Source: Nitrospirota bacterium | GTDB taxonomy: Bacteria; Nitrospirota; UBA9217 | Assembly (NCBI GenBank): GCA_963754875.1 | Contig: CAVWHO010000009.1 | Span: forward strand, 1-57,762 | Reading direction: 5' to 3' | Length of the DNA: 57,762 bases | Shown: positions 47,990 to 57,762 of the stretch, in pieces | Layout of the letters: each line of letters begins with the position of its first letter | Numbering within the stretch: the stretch's first letter is position 1 | Translations under genes and position numbers: made by a program | Notes under the pieces: model-generated | The model's input: the letters and a program-made list of their open reading frames with translations, nothing else | What the model was told of the DNA's origin: nothing | The model's database searches: none

Positions 47990-49030
47990 GTGAAGAAAAT
48001 TATGGGGTTCGATTACGTCCGTCAGATACCAAAGGCGAAAGAGATCATTGAGAAACTTCCGCTTTCCGTGGAACTGAAGAAGATCAAAAGGGAGAAGGAC
48101 AAGGAGATCCTCGGCGTGTTTACCGGTGCGGTGGATAAGCTCGTTCTTATCATTGGTCCCTGCTCGGCCCATGACGAGGACGCCGTGTGCGATTATATAG
48201 CGCGGCTGGCCAAGGTCCAGGACGAGGTGAAGGACAAGATTGTCCTCATTCCCCGGATCTACACGAACAAACCGCGTACTACCGGGATCGGGTACAAGGG
48301 CATGGCCCACCAGCCCAACCTCAAGAAGGAGCCGAACATCGTCGAGGGCATCAAGGCGATCCGGACAATGCACATACGGGCGCTCAAGGAGTCCCACCTG
48401 CCGGCGGCGGACGAGATGCTCTACCCCAACAACTATGCCTATCTCGAAGACGTGCTCTCCTACGTTGCCGTGGGTGCCCGTTCCGTCGAGAACCAGCAGC
48501 ACCGGCTCACCTGCAGCGGCCTCGATATCCCCGTAGGCATGAAGAACCCGACGTCCGGGGACTTTGACGTCATGTTCAATGCGGTGCACGCGGCCCAGGC
48601 GCCGCACGTGTTCAGCTACAACGGCTACGAGGTAAAGACCTCGGGCAATCCGCTGACCCACTGTGTGCTCAGGGGCGCGATGAACCAGTTCGGCCAGAGC
48701 ATCCCCAATTACCATTATGAGGACCTGATCCGGGTCGCAAAGATCTACAAGGAGCGAGGCTTTGCCAATCCCGCGGTCATTGTCGACACGAACCACGCCA
48801 ATTCGAACAAGCAGTACAAGGAACAGCCGCGGATCGCCAAAGAGGTGATGCGGAGCCGGGAGCATTCCGAGACAGTGAGGAAGATGGTGAAAGGCTTCAT
48901 GATCGAGAGCTTCATCGAGGAAGGTTCCCAGAAGGTTTCGGACAATGTCTACGGCAAGTCCATTACCGATCCGTGCCTGGGCTGGAAGGACAGCGAACGC
49001 TTGATCAGACAGCTTGCAGAGCTTGCGTAG
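47990..49030 (+). CDS. 3-deoxy-7-phosphoheptulonate (DAHP) synthase, class I-alpha
   Basis: IIGPCSAH, KPRTTG.GYKG, VGARS.E.Q.HR, GMKNPTSG, DTNHANS, GKSITDPCLGW. Confidence 0.95.
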   Translation: MKKIMGFDYVRQIPKAKEIIEKLPLSVELKKIKREKDKEILGVFTGAVDKLVLIIGPCSAHDEDAVCDYIARLAKVQDEVKDKIVLIPRIYTNKPRTTGIGYKGMAHQPNLKKEPNIVEGIKAIRTMHIRALKESHLPAADEMLYPNNYAYLEDVLSYVAVGARSVENQQHRLTCSGLDIPVGMKNPTSGDFDVMFNAVHAAQAPHVFSYNGYEVKTSGNPLTHCVLRGAMNQFGQSIPNYHYEDLIRVAKIYKERGFANPAVIVDTNHANSNKQYKEQPRIAKEVMRSREHSETVRKMVKGFMIESFIEEGSQKVSDNVYGKSITDPCLGWKDSERLIRQLAELA

Positions 49031-49088
49031 GATCAGAGCGCAGAGAAATTGAACTCTACGCGCTTTGCCCCATGCGACATCAAAAAAC

Positions 49089-49721
49089 ATGGATCTCTTC
49101 GACGCTATTAAGGGACGTAAAAGCATCCGCCGATTCAAGCGAACACCGGTTCCTGACGAGGACATTAAGAAGATCCTTGATGCCGGACGGTGGGCCCCCT
49201 CCGCGAACAATGCGCAGCCTTGGAGCTTTATCGTTGTTAAGGATCGGGAATTGCTAACGAACATGGCTGGTGCCGTGCGTGAGATGATCGACCGGATGGT
49301 CCCCTTTGCAGAGAACGAAAAGCAGTCGCAGCGGCTTTCGGCGTACAAGAACAATTACTATACATTTTTTGAACATGCTCCTGCCATGATCGTCGTCCTC
49401 ATGGAAGCCTACGATGCGGGGACGGACCGCCTCCTCGCGAAGATGGGATATTCAGCCGAGGACATTAAAAGGCTCAGGCCTTCACCGGGACTCCAGAGCG
49501 TTGCCGCTGCGATCCAAAACATGCTGCTTGCGGTCCACGCGCTCGGCTATAGCTCCTGCTGGATGACCGGCCCGACTGTGGCCCAGGAGGCCTTCGAAAA
49601 GCTTTTCGGTTACGGTAAAGAAAAGTTTATTGCCGCGCTCCTCCCTGTAGGCGTGCCCGACGAAAATCCTCCCTCGAGGCAGAGAAAGCCGATCGAAGAG
49701 ATGATGAAAGTGCTGGAATAA
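49089..49721 (+). CDS. Nitroreductase family protein
   Basis: GRKSIRRF, APSANNAQPW, IQNMLLAVHALGYSSCWM. Confidence 0.92.
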   Translation: MDLFDAIKGRKSIRRFKRTPVPDEDIKKILDAGRWAPSANNAQPWSFIVVKDRELLTNMAGAVREMIDRMVPFAENEKQSQRLSAYKNNYYTFFEHAPAMIVVLMEAYDAGTDRLLAKMGYSAEDIKRLRPSPGLQSVAAAIQNMLLAVHALGYSSCWMTGPTVAQEAFEKLFGYGKEKFIAALLPVGVPDENPPSRQRKPIEEMMKVLE

Positions 49722-49790
49722 CAGTTTTTTTCTCTTAAGGTATGATCCCGGAGCGTACCTCCTGCCCACACGATACGTCTTATTTCCAAT

Positions 49791-50045
49791 GAGCAGGTTC
49801 ACAACAGGAGGTTGACGAGTGTTTCCGCGGCCTTGTGAACGAGCTGCCCGGAAACTATCGGATCGTGCTGAGCGATCTGGAAGGGTCTTTACGAATGCCA
49901 AGGTCGGCACGTCCTCGGCATTTCTCATGAAACGGTCAAAATGCGGCTCCACCAAGCCCGGTTGGCGCTCAAAAAAACCCTCCACCGCGCCTGCGTGCTT
50001 TGCCACGATGAGCGCAATGAACTTTCCTTCGACCGGAAGCCCGGT
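49791..50045 (+). pseudogene. Decayed C-terminal remnant of an ECF sigma factor (region 4)
   Basis: Three frames join as QQEVDECFRGLVNELPGNYRIVLSDLEG / FTNAKVG / HVLGISHETVKMRLHQARLALKKTLHRAC...DERNEL..DRK. Confidence 0.7.
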
Positions 50046-50092
50046 GTCCTTAATTCTAAAATTCTAAAAAAAGGTAAAAACGGGCGATCCTC

Positions 50093-51343
50093 TTATACCG
50101 CGTTCTCCGCCAAATCCGGTCTCGTCTCTACCTGTAATTCTGTTCCCTTCGCTATGACCACAATACCTGAAGGAGTCACGTGGTAATGCTTCTTGTCTTC
50201 CTCGATGTCATAGCCGATTTCGGTCCCGGGAGGTATGACAACGTCTTTGTCGATGATGGCCTTCCGGATGCGGCAGTGCCTGCCTATGTCCACGTTCTCC
50301 ATGAGAATCGAGTCGTGGATTTCGCTGAAGCTGTTGATGCGCACATTCGGAGACAACACGGAGTTCTGCACACGGCCGCCGCTTACGATGCAGCCGTGTG
50401 CCACGATCGAGTCGAGCGCGATGCCAAGCCTGCCGCCCTTCTTCTCCTGGGCAAACACGAATTTGGCAGGCGGGTTCTGTGCCTGGTAGGTACGAATTGG
50501 CCAGGCCTTGTCGTAAAGGTTCAAGAGAGGGTCCACGCTTACGAGGTCCATGTTCGCTTCCCAATAAGCGTCGATGGTCCCCACGTCCCTCCAATACTTT
50601 GCCTCCTTCTTGTTTTCATCCTTGAAATTGTACGCGAACGCACGCGATGTTTTCATGACCTGAGGGATGATGTTCTTGCCGAAGTCATGGGCTGTTTCCT
50701 GGAGCGCGTCGGATTTCAAGTATTCGAGCAGGGTGCTTGTATTGAACAGGTATATCCCCATGGAGGCAAAGGCTATATCGGGCCTGCCCGGGATATGCTT
50801 CGGGTTCTGCGGTTTTTCCTCGAACCCGATGATCCGACCGCCGTTGTCGACCTCGACGATACCGAACCCGGCTGCGCTCCTGCTGGGGGTCTCGATGGCG
50901 GCAACGGTCGCGTCGGCTCGTTGTTCCTCATGGAACCGCAACATCTCGGCATAATCCATTTTGTAGATGTGGTCGCCAGCGAGCACGAAAATATGGTCCG
51001 GCGCGTCTTTTTCTATCATATAGATGTTCTGATAGATGGCATCCGCTGTCCCCTGATACCACTTGTCGCCGACTCGCTGCTGCGGAGGCACGGAGATGAT
51101 ATATTCGTCCAACTCCCCGGAAAAGATATTCCAGGCAAGACGGAGATGCTTGTCCAGGGACAAGGATTTGTACTGCGGAAGGACCGCGATCTTGCGGATG
51201 CCTGAATTGATGCAGTTCGAAAGCGTGAAGTCGATGATGCGGTAGATGCCGCCGAAGGGAACGGCAGGTTTGGCACGGTGGATGGTGAGAGGGTGAAGAC
51301 GTTCCCCTTTCCCGCCCGCGAGGATCATTGCTAGAATGCCCAT
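50093..51343 (-). CDS. glgC: Glucose-1-phosphate adenylyltransferase
   Basis: ILAGGKGERL.PLT..RAKPAVPFGG, WYQGTADA, GDHIYKMDY, FEEKP, YWRDVGT. Confidence 0.97.
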   Translation of the reverse strand: MGILAMILAGGKGERLHPLTIHRAKPAVPFGGIYRIIDFTLSNCINSGIRKIAVLPQYKSLSLDKHLRLAWNIFSGELDEYIISVPPQQRVGDKWYQGTADAIYQNIYMIEKDAPDHIFVLAGDHIYKMDYAEMLRFHEEQRADATVAAIETPSRSAAGFGIVEVDNGGRIIGFEEKPQNPKHIPGRPDIAFASMGIYLFNTSTLLEYLKSDALQETAHDFGKNIIPQVMKTSRAFAYNFKDENKKEAKYWRDVGTIDAYWEANMDLVSVDPLLNLYDKAWPIRTYQAQNPPAKFVFAQEKKGGRLGIALDSIVAHGCIVSGGRVQNSVLSPNVRINSFSEIHDSILMENVDIGRHCRIRKAIIDKDVVIPPGTEIGYDIEEDKKHYHVTPSGIVVIAKGTELQVETRPDLAENAV

Positions 51344-51812
51344 AGGGGATTCTCCTTAACGCCGGGATAACGAATTAATGATAGCAGGACGTCATCAGCC
51401 TGTCAAACTGGTGCCGGTCTGCGTTACCAGGAAGATTAATAATTTTTTGAAAACTCCATTTGCGAATGCTGTCATCCTCAACTTAACGCTTTCTCTTGAG
51501 AAAGTAGCGTTATGCTATTAAGCTAAATTACAGCTGCACAGAAGCGATTCTGATGCTGTCACCATGAATATTGATGCACTTGGGGAAGATGAAAGGTAAT
51601 TTCCCCTTTATTCCTCGTTGCACGCATTTACAACTATATCTCATTTTTTTCTTTTCTTGCATCTAAAAAAGTAGTACATTGTTACGTATTGTAACGCTAT
51701 TTAACCTTGCCGCCGTACTTCCAGTACGGCATATAAAGCAAATCCAAATCACATTACAGGTCGCGTGCAGCTACATTCTCGCTCAGACTGCCGCAGAAGG
51801 AACGACGCAATT

Positions 51813-52661
51813 ATGCCAAAAATTCTTGAAAAGAAATTGCTTCGGAAGCCGGATGTATTTTATTTCAAAGTTGCTGCACCGCTCATCTCGAAGAAGGCCC
51901 AGCCCGGTCAGTTCGTCATTCTGAGGCTTCATGCCAAGGGAGAGCGCATCCCCATCTCACTTGCGGACATCAACCCCGCAGAGGGCACCATCAGTCTGAT
52001 CGTTATGGCCGTTGGAAAGACAACGACGGAAATGTCTCTCATGAAATCGGGTGACGATATCCTCGATCTCTGCGGACCCCTGGGAAATGCCACACACATC
52101 GAACAGGCCGGCAAGGTCATTGTGGTGGGCGGCGGCTTCGGCGTTGCCCCATTGTATCCTATTGCACGTTCGTTCAAGGCAGCGGGCAACGAAGTTGTCT
52201 GCGTCATGGGCGCACGGTCCAAAGACCTCCTCATCTATGAGAAGGAAATGGAACAGGTCTGCAGCCGGGTCGTTGTAACGACCGACGACGGAAGCAGGGG
52301 GATGAAGGGGATCGTGACGGAGGCCCTGCGCCAGGAACTCGAAAAAGGCGGAACCGGCCTCGTGGTGACCGTGGGACCGGCAATCATGATGAAGTTTGTA
52401 TCCGAAACGACGCGCCCCTTCGGCGTCAAAACCATGGTGAGCCTCAACCCCATTATGGTGGACGGCACAGGAATGTGCGGAGGGTGCCGGGTAACGGTCG
52501 GCGGCCAGACCCTGTTTGCCTGCACCGACGGCCCTGAGTTCGACGGGCATCAGGTGGACTGGGACGTTTTGATGACTCGCCAGAAAACGTATAACCCCGA
52601 GCAGCGGGAATCCTTCGAAGGATGGAAACAGCGGCACGCGGGCGTGCTCTGCGAGAAATAG
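51813..52661 (+). CDS. nfnA: NfnA-like small subunit (FAD/NAD, 2Fe-2S) of NADH-dependent reduced ferredoxin:NADP oxidoreductase
   Basis: PGQFVIL, ERIPIS.AD, GPLG, MVDGTGMCGGCRV...ACTDGPEFDG. Confidence 0.88.
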   Translation: MPKILEKKLLRKPDVFYFKVAAPLISKKAQPGQFVILRLHAKGERIPISLADINPAEGTISLIVMAVGKTTTEMSLMKSGDDILDLCGPLGNATHIEQAGKVIVVGGGFGVAPLYPIARSFKAAGNEVVCVMGARSKDLLIYEKEMEQVCSRVVVTTDDGSRGMKGIVTEALRQELEKGGTGLVVTVGPAIMMKFVSETTRPFGVKTMVSLNPIMVDGTGMCGGCRVTVGGQTLFACTDGPEFDGHQVDWDVLMTRQKTYNPEQRESFEGWKQRHAGVLCEK

Positions 52662-52700
52662 AGTTTGCGCAAAAAAACTTTTCCTATGAGAGGCAAAGCC

Positions 52701-54131
52701 ATGGCTGAAGAAGCGAAATCACCGAAAAAGATCGTACCAAAAAAAACACCCATCCCCGAGCAGCCCCCCCAGGTGAGGCGCTCGAATTTTAAAGAGGTCT
52801 CCCTCGGGTATACGCCGGAGATGGCGATGCAGGAAGCTGCGCGGTGTCTGGATTGCAAGAAGCCGGCCTGTGTGGAGGGCTGTCCTGTCAATGTTCCGAT
52901 CCCCCGGTTCATCAAGGCGATCAAGGAAGGTGACTTCAAGAAAGCGATCGGCATCATCAAGGAAGCGAATCTCTTGCCGGCGGTCTGTGGCAGGGTCTGT
53001 CCACAGGAAAGCCAGTGCGAGAAGAACTGCGTTATCGGGAAGAAGTTCGAGCCCGTCGGCATCGGCCGCCTCGAACGCTTCGCCGCGGACGAGTCGCTTT
53101 CGAACGGCGGGTCCCAGGCGCCCCAGGTTGCTGCGAAGACCGGCAGGAAGGTGGCTGTCATCGGCAGCGGTCCCTCGGGTCTGACCTGTGCATACGAACT
53201 GGCCCTCAAGGGGCATAGCATCGTGATCTACGAGGCGCTTCACGAACCGGGTGGCGTTCTCGTTTATGGCATCCCGGAATTCCGCTTGCCAAAAAAAATC
53301 GTGCACAGCGAGATCGACGTGCTCAAAAAAATGGGCGTCGAGATCATGACGAACGCCGTTGTCGGCAAGCTCTTTACCATCGATGAGATCATGAAGGAGT
53401 GCGACGCCTGCTTCATCGGGAGCGGGGCGGGCCTGCCGAAATTTATGAATATCCCCGGCGAGAACCTGAACGGCGTTTATTCCGCCAATGAGTTTTTGAC
53501 CCGGGTCAATCTCATGCGGGCGTACCAGTTCCCGGAATTCGACACGCCGATCAAGAAGGGCGACCGTGTGGCGGTTTTCGGAGGCGGGAATGTTGCAATG
53601 GATGCGGCCCGGACCGCGCTTCGCATCGGCGCCGCTGAGGTCATCCTGGTCTACCGCAGGTCACTCACCGAACTTCCTGCGCGCAAAGAAGAGGTCCACC
53701 ATGCCCAGGAGGAAGGGATTCGCTTCGAGCTCTGCACCAACCCGGTGCGTATCCTGGGCGACGAGCAGGGCCAGGTGCGTGCGGTCGAGTGCGTCAGAAT
53801 GGACCTGTGCGAACTCGACGAATCGGGCAGACGGTCCCCGAAGGCCATCAAAGGATCGGAATTCGAGATCCCGGTGAATACCGCCATCGTGGCCCTGGGC
53901 ACGGGCGCCAATCCCATCATTCCCCAGAGCGCAAAAAATTTGCAGGTCAACAAGCGCCTCTACATCATTGCTGATGAAGAGACAGGCCGTACCAGCATGG
54001 AGGGTGTGTATGCAGGCGGGGACATCGTCACTGGGTCAGCCACTGTCATCTCCGCAATGGGGGCAGGAAGAAAAGCTGCAAAAGCAATGAACGAGTACTT
54101 GAAAAACAAGGTGCCGGCCGCGAAGGCCTAG
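52701..54131 (+). CDS. nfnB: NfnB-like large subunit (GltD homologue)
   Basis: EAARCLDC...CVEGCP, CGRVCPQE.QCE, GSGPSG, YGIPEFRL, GGGNVAMD, YRR; directly follows nfnA with no gltB nearby. Confidence 0.88.
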   Translation: MAEEAKSPKKIVPKKTPIPEQPPQVRRSNFKEVSLGYTPEMAMQEAARCLDCKKPACVEGCPVNVPIPRFIKAIKEGDFKKAIGIIKEANLLPAVCGRVCPQESQCEKNCVIGKKFEPVGIGRLERFAADESLSNGGSQAPQVAAKTGRKVAVIGSGPSGLTCAYELALKGHSIVIYEALHEPGGVLVYGIPEFRLPKKIVHSEIDVLKKMGVEIMTNAVVGKLFTIDEIMKECDACFIGSGAGLPKFMNIPGENLNGVYSANEFLTRVNLMRAYQFPEFDTPIKKGDRVAVFGGGNVAMDAARTALRIGAAEVILVYRRSLTELPARKEEVHHAQEEGIRFELCTNPVRILGDEQGQVRAVECVRMDLCELDESGRRSPKAIKGSEFEIPVNTAIVALGTGANPIIPQSAKNLQVNKRLYIIADEETGRTSMEGVYAGGDIVTGSATVISAMGAGRKAAKAMNEYLKNKVPAAKA

Positions 54132-54185
54132 AAGGTGCACTAGGGCAGATGCGTAGGTGCCAGCCCCTCTGGTCTGGTTTGCGAT

Positions 54186-54225
54186 ACCGGGGTCTCTTTT
54201 TTTCCCAGAGACCCCGGTTTTTTTT
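54186..54225 (+). terminator. Rho-independent terminator after nfnB
   Basis: ACCGGGGTCTCT-N9-AGAGACCCCGGT followed by a T run. Confidence 0.85.
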
Positions 54226-54348
54226 AGATGATCATCGTCGTTGGAGAGGGGAGATATTCCACAAACTGAAAAATATGTTTCGAATGTTGTACAAAATGCC
54301 CAGAACGTGTGAGAATCACGAATCCGGTGATTGGTGGAGACGAACCAA

Positions 54349-55027
54349 ATGAAACCGTATCATATAGAACAACAGGTCAAAAAGCAGGACAGCAGGATTG
54401 AACTTGTCCCCCCATAGAAACAGTCTGGGGAGAAGCGAAAGCATGGGAGACACTTTCGGGTCTGAAACCCAAGGATGTCAGTGCCGGTGCGAAGGCTGTC
54501 TATAACGCGACGATGGGGACCTATATCATTAAATCGTTTGGCGTCGATTTTGTTGTTTCGCCTCAAGAGCGGACGATTACGAGAGCGATAATCCGCAGGC
54601 AACTCTCTTTCTCGACAGGTACAAGGACTTTTTAAGGCACGCGTTGCTCTGGTACATGACAAGTGCAAAGGACATTCCGCCGACCGCTCGTCTTATCAGG
54701 CCTATTGACGTTAAAGGCGGCCAGCGTTTTTTTACCGGGACACACGTTCTCCCTTTGGAAAGGGTCCAGGAAAAGTACGGAAAAGATAAAGCGGGTTTCA
54801 TCTTGCGAGGTGTGAAGTTCGGCTCAGACATAGCGAGCTTTGGTGATGCTTCCGTAACGCTCTATCCGCTGCCACGCGTGCCGGTAACCGTGATTCATTG
54901 GCTGGAAGACGACGAGTTCCCTGCACGGACTTCTCTCTTTTTCGATTCTACGGTAGACTATCAGATATCCCTGTCCGACATCGTCTGGTCCGTTGCCATG
55001 ATGTCAACGCTCGTCTTGCTTGACTGA
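54349..55027 (+). pseudogene. DUF3786-like protein with two frameshifts
   Basis: ATG 54349 (GGAG RBS) MKPYH...ELVP; shift in C6 (54408-54413) to IETVWGEAKAWETL...ERTIT; shift near 54581 to SDNPQATLFLDRY...LLWYM...PLPRVPV...DDEFPAR.SLFFD. Confidence 0.75.
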
Positions 55028-55371
55028 CCAGAGAGTTTATTTACTCAACAACTGCCGAAAAAAACTCACTTTACTCACCTCCTCATTCATTTCCGCATCA
55101 ATTAACATTACCTTTTGTGACTGAAGAAAATCTACCTCGATAACCTGTTTACCAATAGAGAATTGTAATCATTTTATGAAATTTATTTATAGCATTTTCT
55201 CTTGCATTTTCAGAGGTCGGTTGATATTATGCACAACCTTTTAATTGATCATGATTCTAATCTGGAAGGTTTACGAATAGTAGCTTAACTAGAAGAAAAG
55301 TAACAATAGAGCTTGAACTTTCAATAATATATTGAATAATTGAGTTTTTTTACTTAGAGGAGGTTCTCACC

Positions 55372-55860
55372 GTGCTTCAACAAGAAGATATACAAAAAGT
55401 TGAGGAAATTCTGGACGACACAACAGGAAAGCGGGGCATTCTCATTGCCGTACTCCAGCGAGTGCAGGAAAAAGTCGGCTACCTTTCTGAAGACGCGATG
55501 AAAATGATTGCCGCAAGGCTATCCCTGTCACTGTCGACCGTCTATGGTGTCGCCTCGTTCTATAAGCATTTCCATTTCAAGCCCCGGGGCAAGAACGTCG
55601 TCAAGGTATGCACCGGTACAGCGTGCCATGTAAGGGGCGCCAAGGCTGTGCTGAGCGAGATGGAGAACAAACTTGGTATCAAGGAAGGTGAGACGACACC
55701 GGACCGTTCAGTTACCCTCTAGACTGTGGGATGCGTGGGGTGCTGTGCACTGGCGCCGGTGGTCACTGTGAACGACCAGGAACTCTACGGAGAACTGACG
55801 CCGCAGATGGTGGACGACATTATTGCGATGGCGAGGAGTGAACATGGAACTCACGTTTAA
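55372..55860 (+). CDS. NuoE/HydC/HndA-type 2Fe-2S subunit interrupted by an in-frame TAG at 55720-55722
   Basis: VYGVASFY, VCTGTACHVRG, then SVTL*TVGCVGCCALAPVV continuing in frame to TAA at 55860. Confidence 0.88.
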
Positions 55861-57742
55861 ACGACTGAACAGCACTGCAGACCTCGATACACTGCGTAAG
55901 AAGCTCAAGCAGGAACGGAACGAGAAGGACACTCATCGTGTCCGCGTCTGCTGTGGCACGGCTTGCCAGGCTTCGGGGTCCCATAAGCTCATCAAAAAAT
56001 TTGAAGAAGAAGCAGCGGCAAAGCAGACCGACCTGGAGATCGTCAAGACCGGTTGCCAGGGGTTCTGTCAGCGCGGTCCCGTCGTGATCCAGGAACCGCA
56101 GGAAACCTTCTATCAGAAGGTGAAAGTGGAGGACATCCCCGGTCTCTTCTCCGAATCGGTGCTCAAGGGTGTACCTTACCGGAAACAGTTGTATCGTGAG
56201 GACTCCATAGCTGACCCGAATGTGGCGATGCAGGACATCCCCTTTTACAAAAAGCAGAAGCGCGTGGCGCTCCACCGGAACGGGATCGTCGACCCCTGTA
56301 ATATCTACGACGCCATCCGCGAAGAAGGCTATGCGGGTCTGACCAAAGTACTTACCGAGATGAAACCGGACGAAGTCATCGACATTGTCAAGAAGTCGGG
56401 TCTTCGCGGCCGCGGCGGAGCAGGGTTCCCGGCAGGGCTCAAATGGGAGCACACCAAAAAATCAGGAGCAAAGATCAAAGCCGTGGTTTGTAACGGTGAC
56501 GAGGGCGACCCGGGCGCATTCATGGACCGGTCTCTTATGGAGGGAGATCCTCATTCCGTCATTGAAGGCATGCTCATCAATGCCTATGCCATCGGCGCCC
56601 AGCACGGCTACATCTACGTGCGGCACGAATATCCCCTCGCCGTGAAAAACCTGACGATCGCCATCAAGCAGGCAGAAGAGCTCGGTCTGCTTGGAAAGAG
56701 CATCCTTGGCTCCGGCCTCGATTTCACGCTCGAGGTGAAAGAAGGCGCGGGCGCTTTCGTCTGCGGCGAGTCCACGGCGCTCGTTGCGTCCATCGAAGGA
56801 GAGCGTGGGATGCCGCGGCCCAGACCGCCGCGGCTTTCCGAGGCGGCAGGCGGTCTCTGGGGTATGCCCACAAACTTGAACAACGTCGAGACGTTTGCAA
56901 ACGTTCCTACGATCATCACGAAGGGGCTCGACTACTATACCTCCATCGGCACGGAAAAATCGAAGGGTACGAAAGTTTTCGCCCTTACCGGCAAAATCAA
57001 GAATACGGGTCTCATCGAAGTGCCGATGGGGATTACCCTCCGGGAAATCATTTTCGATATCGGGGGCGGCATGCTGCACCCGGACAAAAAATTCAAGGCC
57101 GTCCAGACCGGCGGTCCGTCGGGCGGCTGTATCCCGGCCCAGTTTCTGGACATGCCTGCGGATTTCGATACGCTCGCGGGCGTCGGCTCGATCATGGGCT
57201 CCGGCGGGATGGTGGTCCTCGACGAGGACGACTGCATGGTGGACGTGGCCAAGTATTTTCTCGCCTTTACCAAGAACGAGTCTTGCGGCAAGTGTCCGCC
57301 TTGCCGGGTCGGCACGTGGCAGATGTATGAACTCCTTGACAAAATTACTACGGGGAGAGGGGAAGAGGGGGATATCGAACGGCTCGAGAAGATGGGAGAG
57401 ATGATCGTCTCCGGCTCGCTCTGCGGTCTTGGGAACAGCGCGCCGAACCCTGTGCTCTCGACGATAAAATATTTCCGTGAAGAATATGAGGAACATATCC
57501 GCGACAACTATTGCCAGGCAAAGCGGTGCCAGGGGCTGGGGACATTCAGCATCCAGCCGGAACACTGCGTCCTTTGCGGCAAGTGCAAAGAGGCGTGCGC
57601 CTTCGATGCTGTCGTGGAACTGCGCGATTCCTATTCCATTGACCAGGATTATTGCACCAAGTGCAAGGCCTGCTATTCAGTGTGCCCCACGCAAGCCATA
57701 ACCATCGAGAGGAGAAAACAGTATGTCAACGAACGAGGTTAA
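55844..57742 (+). CDS. NuoF/HydB/HndC-type FMN/NADH-binding subunit with N-terminal 2Fe-2S and C-terminal 2x[4Fe-4S] domains
   Basis: CCGTAC...GCQGFC, SGLRGRGGAGFP, NGDEGDPGAFMDR, GGPSGG, ESCGKCPPCR, CVLCGKC...C and CTKCKAC...CP. Confidence 0.93.
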   Translation: MELTFKRLNSTADLDTLRKKLKQERNEKDTHRVRVCCGTACQASGSHKLIKKFEEEAAAKQTDLEIVKTGCQGFCQRGPVVIQEPQETFYQKVKVEDIPGLFSESVLKGVPYRKQLYREDSIADPNVAMQDIPFYKKQKRVALHRNGIVDPCNIYDAIREEGYAGLTKVLTEMKPDEVIDIVKKSGLRGRGGAGFPAGLKWEHTKKSGAKIKAVVCNGDEGDPGAFMDRSLMEGDPHSVIEGMLINAYAIGAQHGYIYVRHEYPLAVKNLTIAIKQAEELGLLGKSILGSGLDFTLEVKEGAGAFVCGESTALVASIEGERGMPRPRPPRLSEAAGGLWGMPTNLNNVETFANVPTIITKGLDYYTSIGTEKSKGTKVFALTGKIKNTGLIEVPMGITLREIIFDIGGGMLHPDKKFKAVQTGGPSGGCIPAQFLDMPADFDTLAGVGSIMGSGGMVVLDEDDCMVDVAKYFLAFTKNESCGKCPPCRVGTWQMYELLDKITTGRGEEGDIERLEKMGEMIVSGSLCGLGNSAPNPVLSTIKYFREEYEEHIRDNYCQAKRCQGLGTFSIQPEHCVLCGKCKEACAFDAVVELRDSYSIDQDYCTKCKACYSVCPTQAITIERRKQYVNERG

Positions 57743-57762
57743 ATGCCCGGTTAATCAGACGA
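57723..57762 (+). CDS. Start of next overlapping gene (truncated by window)
   Basis: GAGGAG RBS, then ATG MSTNEVKCPVNQT, open to the edge. Confidence 0.5.
   Translation, partial: MSTNEVKCPVNQT

Noticed and set aside
52701..54131. Glutamate synthase small subunit (gltD)
   Set aside because: No gltB nearby, and it is paired with an NfnA-type gene, so NfnB fits better.
55720..55722. Genome-wide amber recoding or pyrrolysine
   Set aside because: TAG ends many genes here at the expected lengths, no pyl machinery is visible, and GAG>TAG is a single substitution.
55372..57742. Respiratory complex I nuoEF
   Set aside because: No nuoA-D upstream, and the extra ferredoxin domains fit soluble HydBC/Hnd-type modules.

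Overview
Chromosomal window of a moderately GC-rich, probably anaerobic Gram-negative bacterium; gene content suggests Nitrospirota or Desulfobacterota (inference only). Housekeeping blocks: xseB-ispA-dxs-tlyA, mrcA-ileS-lspA-lgt-rluD, rlmN, dtd, tRNA-Leu(CAG)-bamD-sirC, tsaD, a DAHP synthase and glgC. Accessory content: (i) an 80-aa ORF-dinB-lexA SOS-type cassette behind a perfect TTGACA-N17-TATAAT promoter whose spacer is a GTGAAC-N4-GTTCAC palindrome; (ii) a CIRCE-controlled Hsp20 pair within a trxC/rtcA/osmC/nitroreductase stress cluster; (iii) two identical 556-bp IS200 copies, an orphan IS605-like right end and a frameshifted DDE transposase; (iv) an orphan V/A-ATPase subunit I, a hemerythrin, a multi-PAS hybrid kinase, a large CoA-activase fusion and a sigma54-preceded pair of paralogous small membrane proteins; (v) nfnAB, a DUF3786-like gene and a HydC/HydB (NuoE/NuoF)-type module running off the right edge. 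Several gene junctions carry inverted arrays of degenerate 7-bp repeats. Short indels and one in-frame amber codon in conserved genes may be assembly errors. No CRISPR array or rRNA was seen. Family names come from motif recognition, not database searches.
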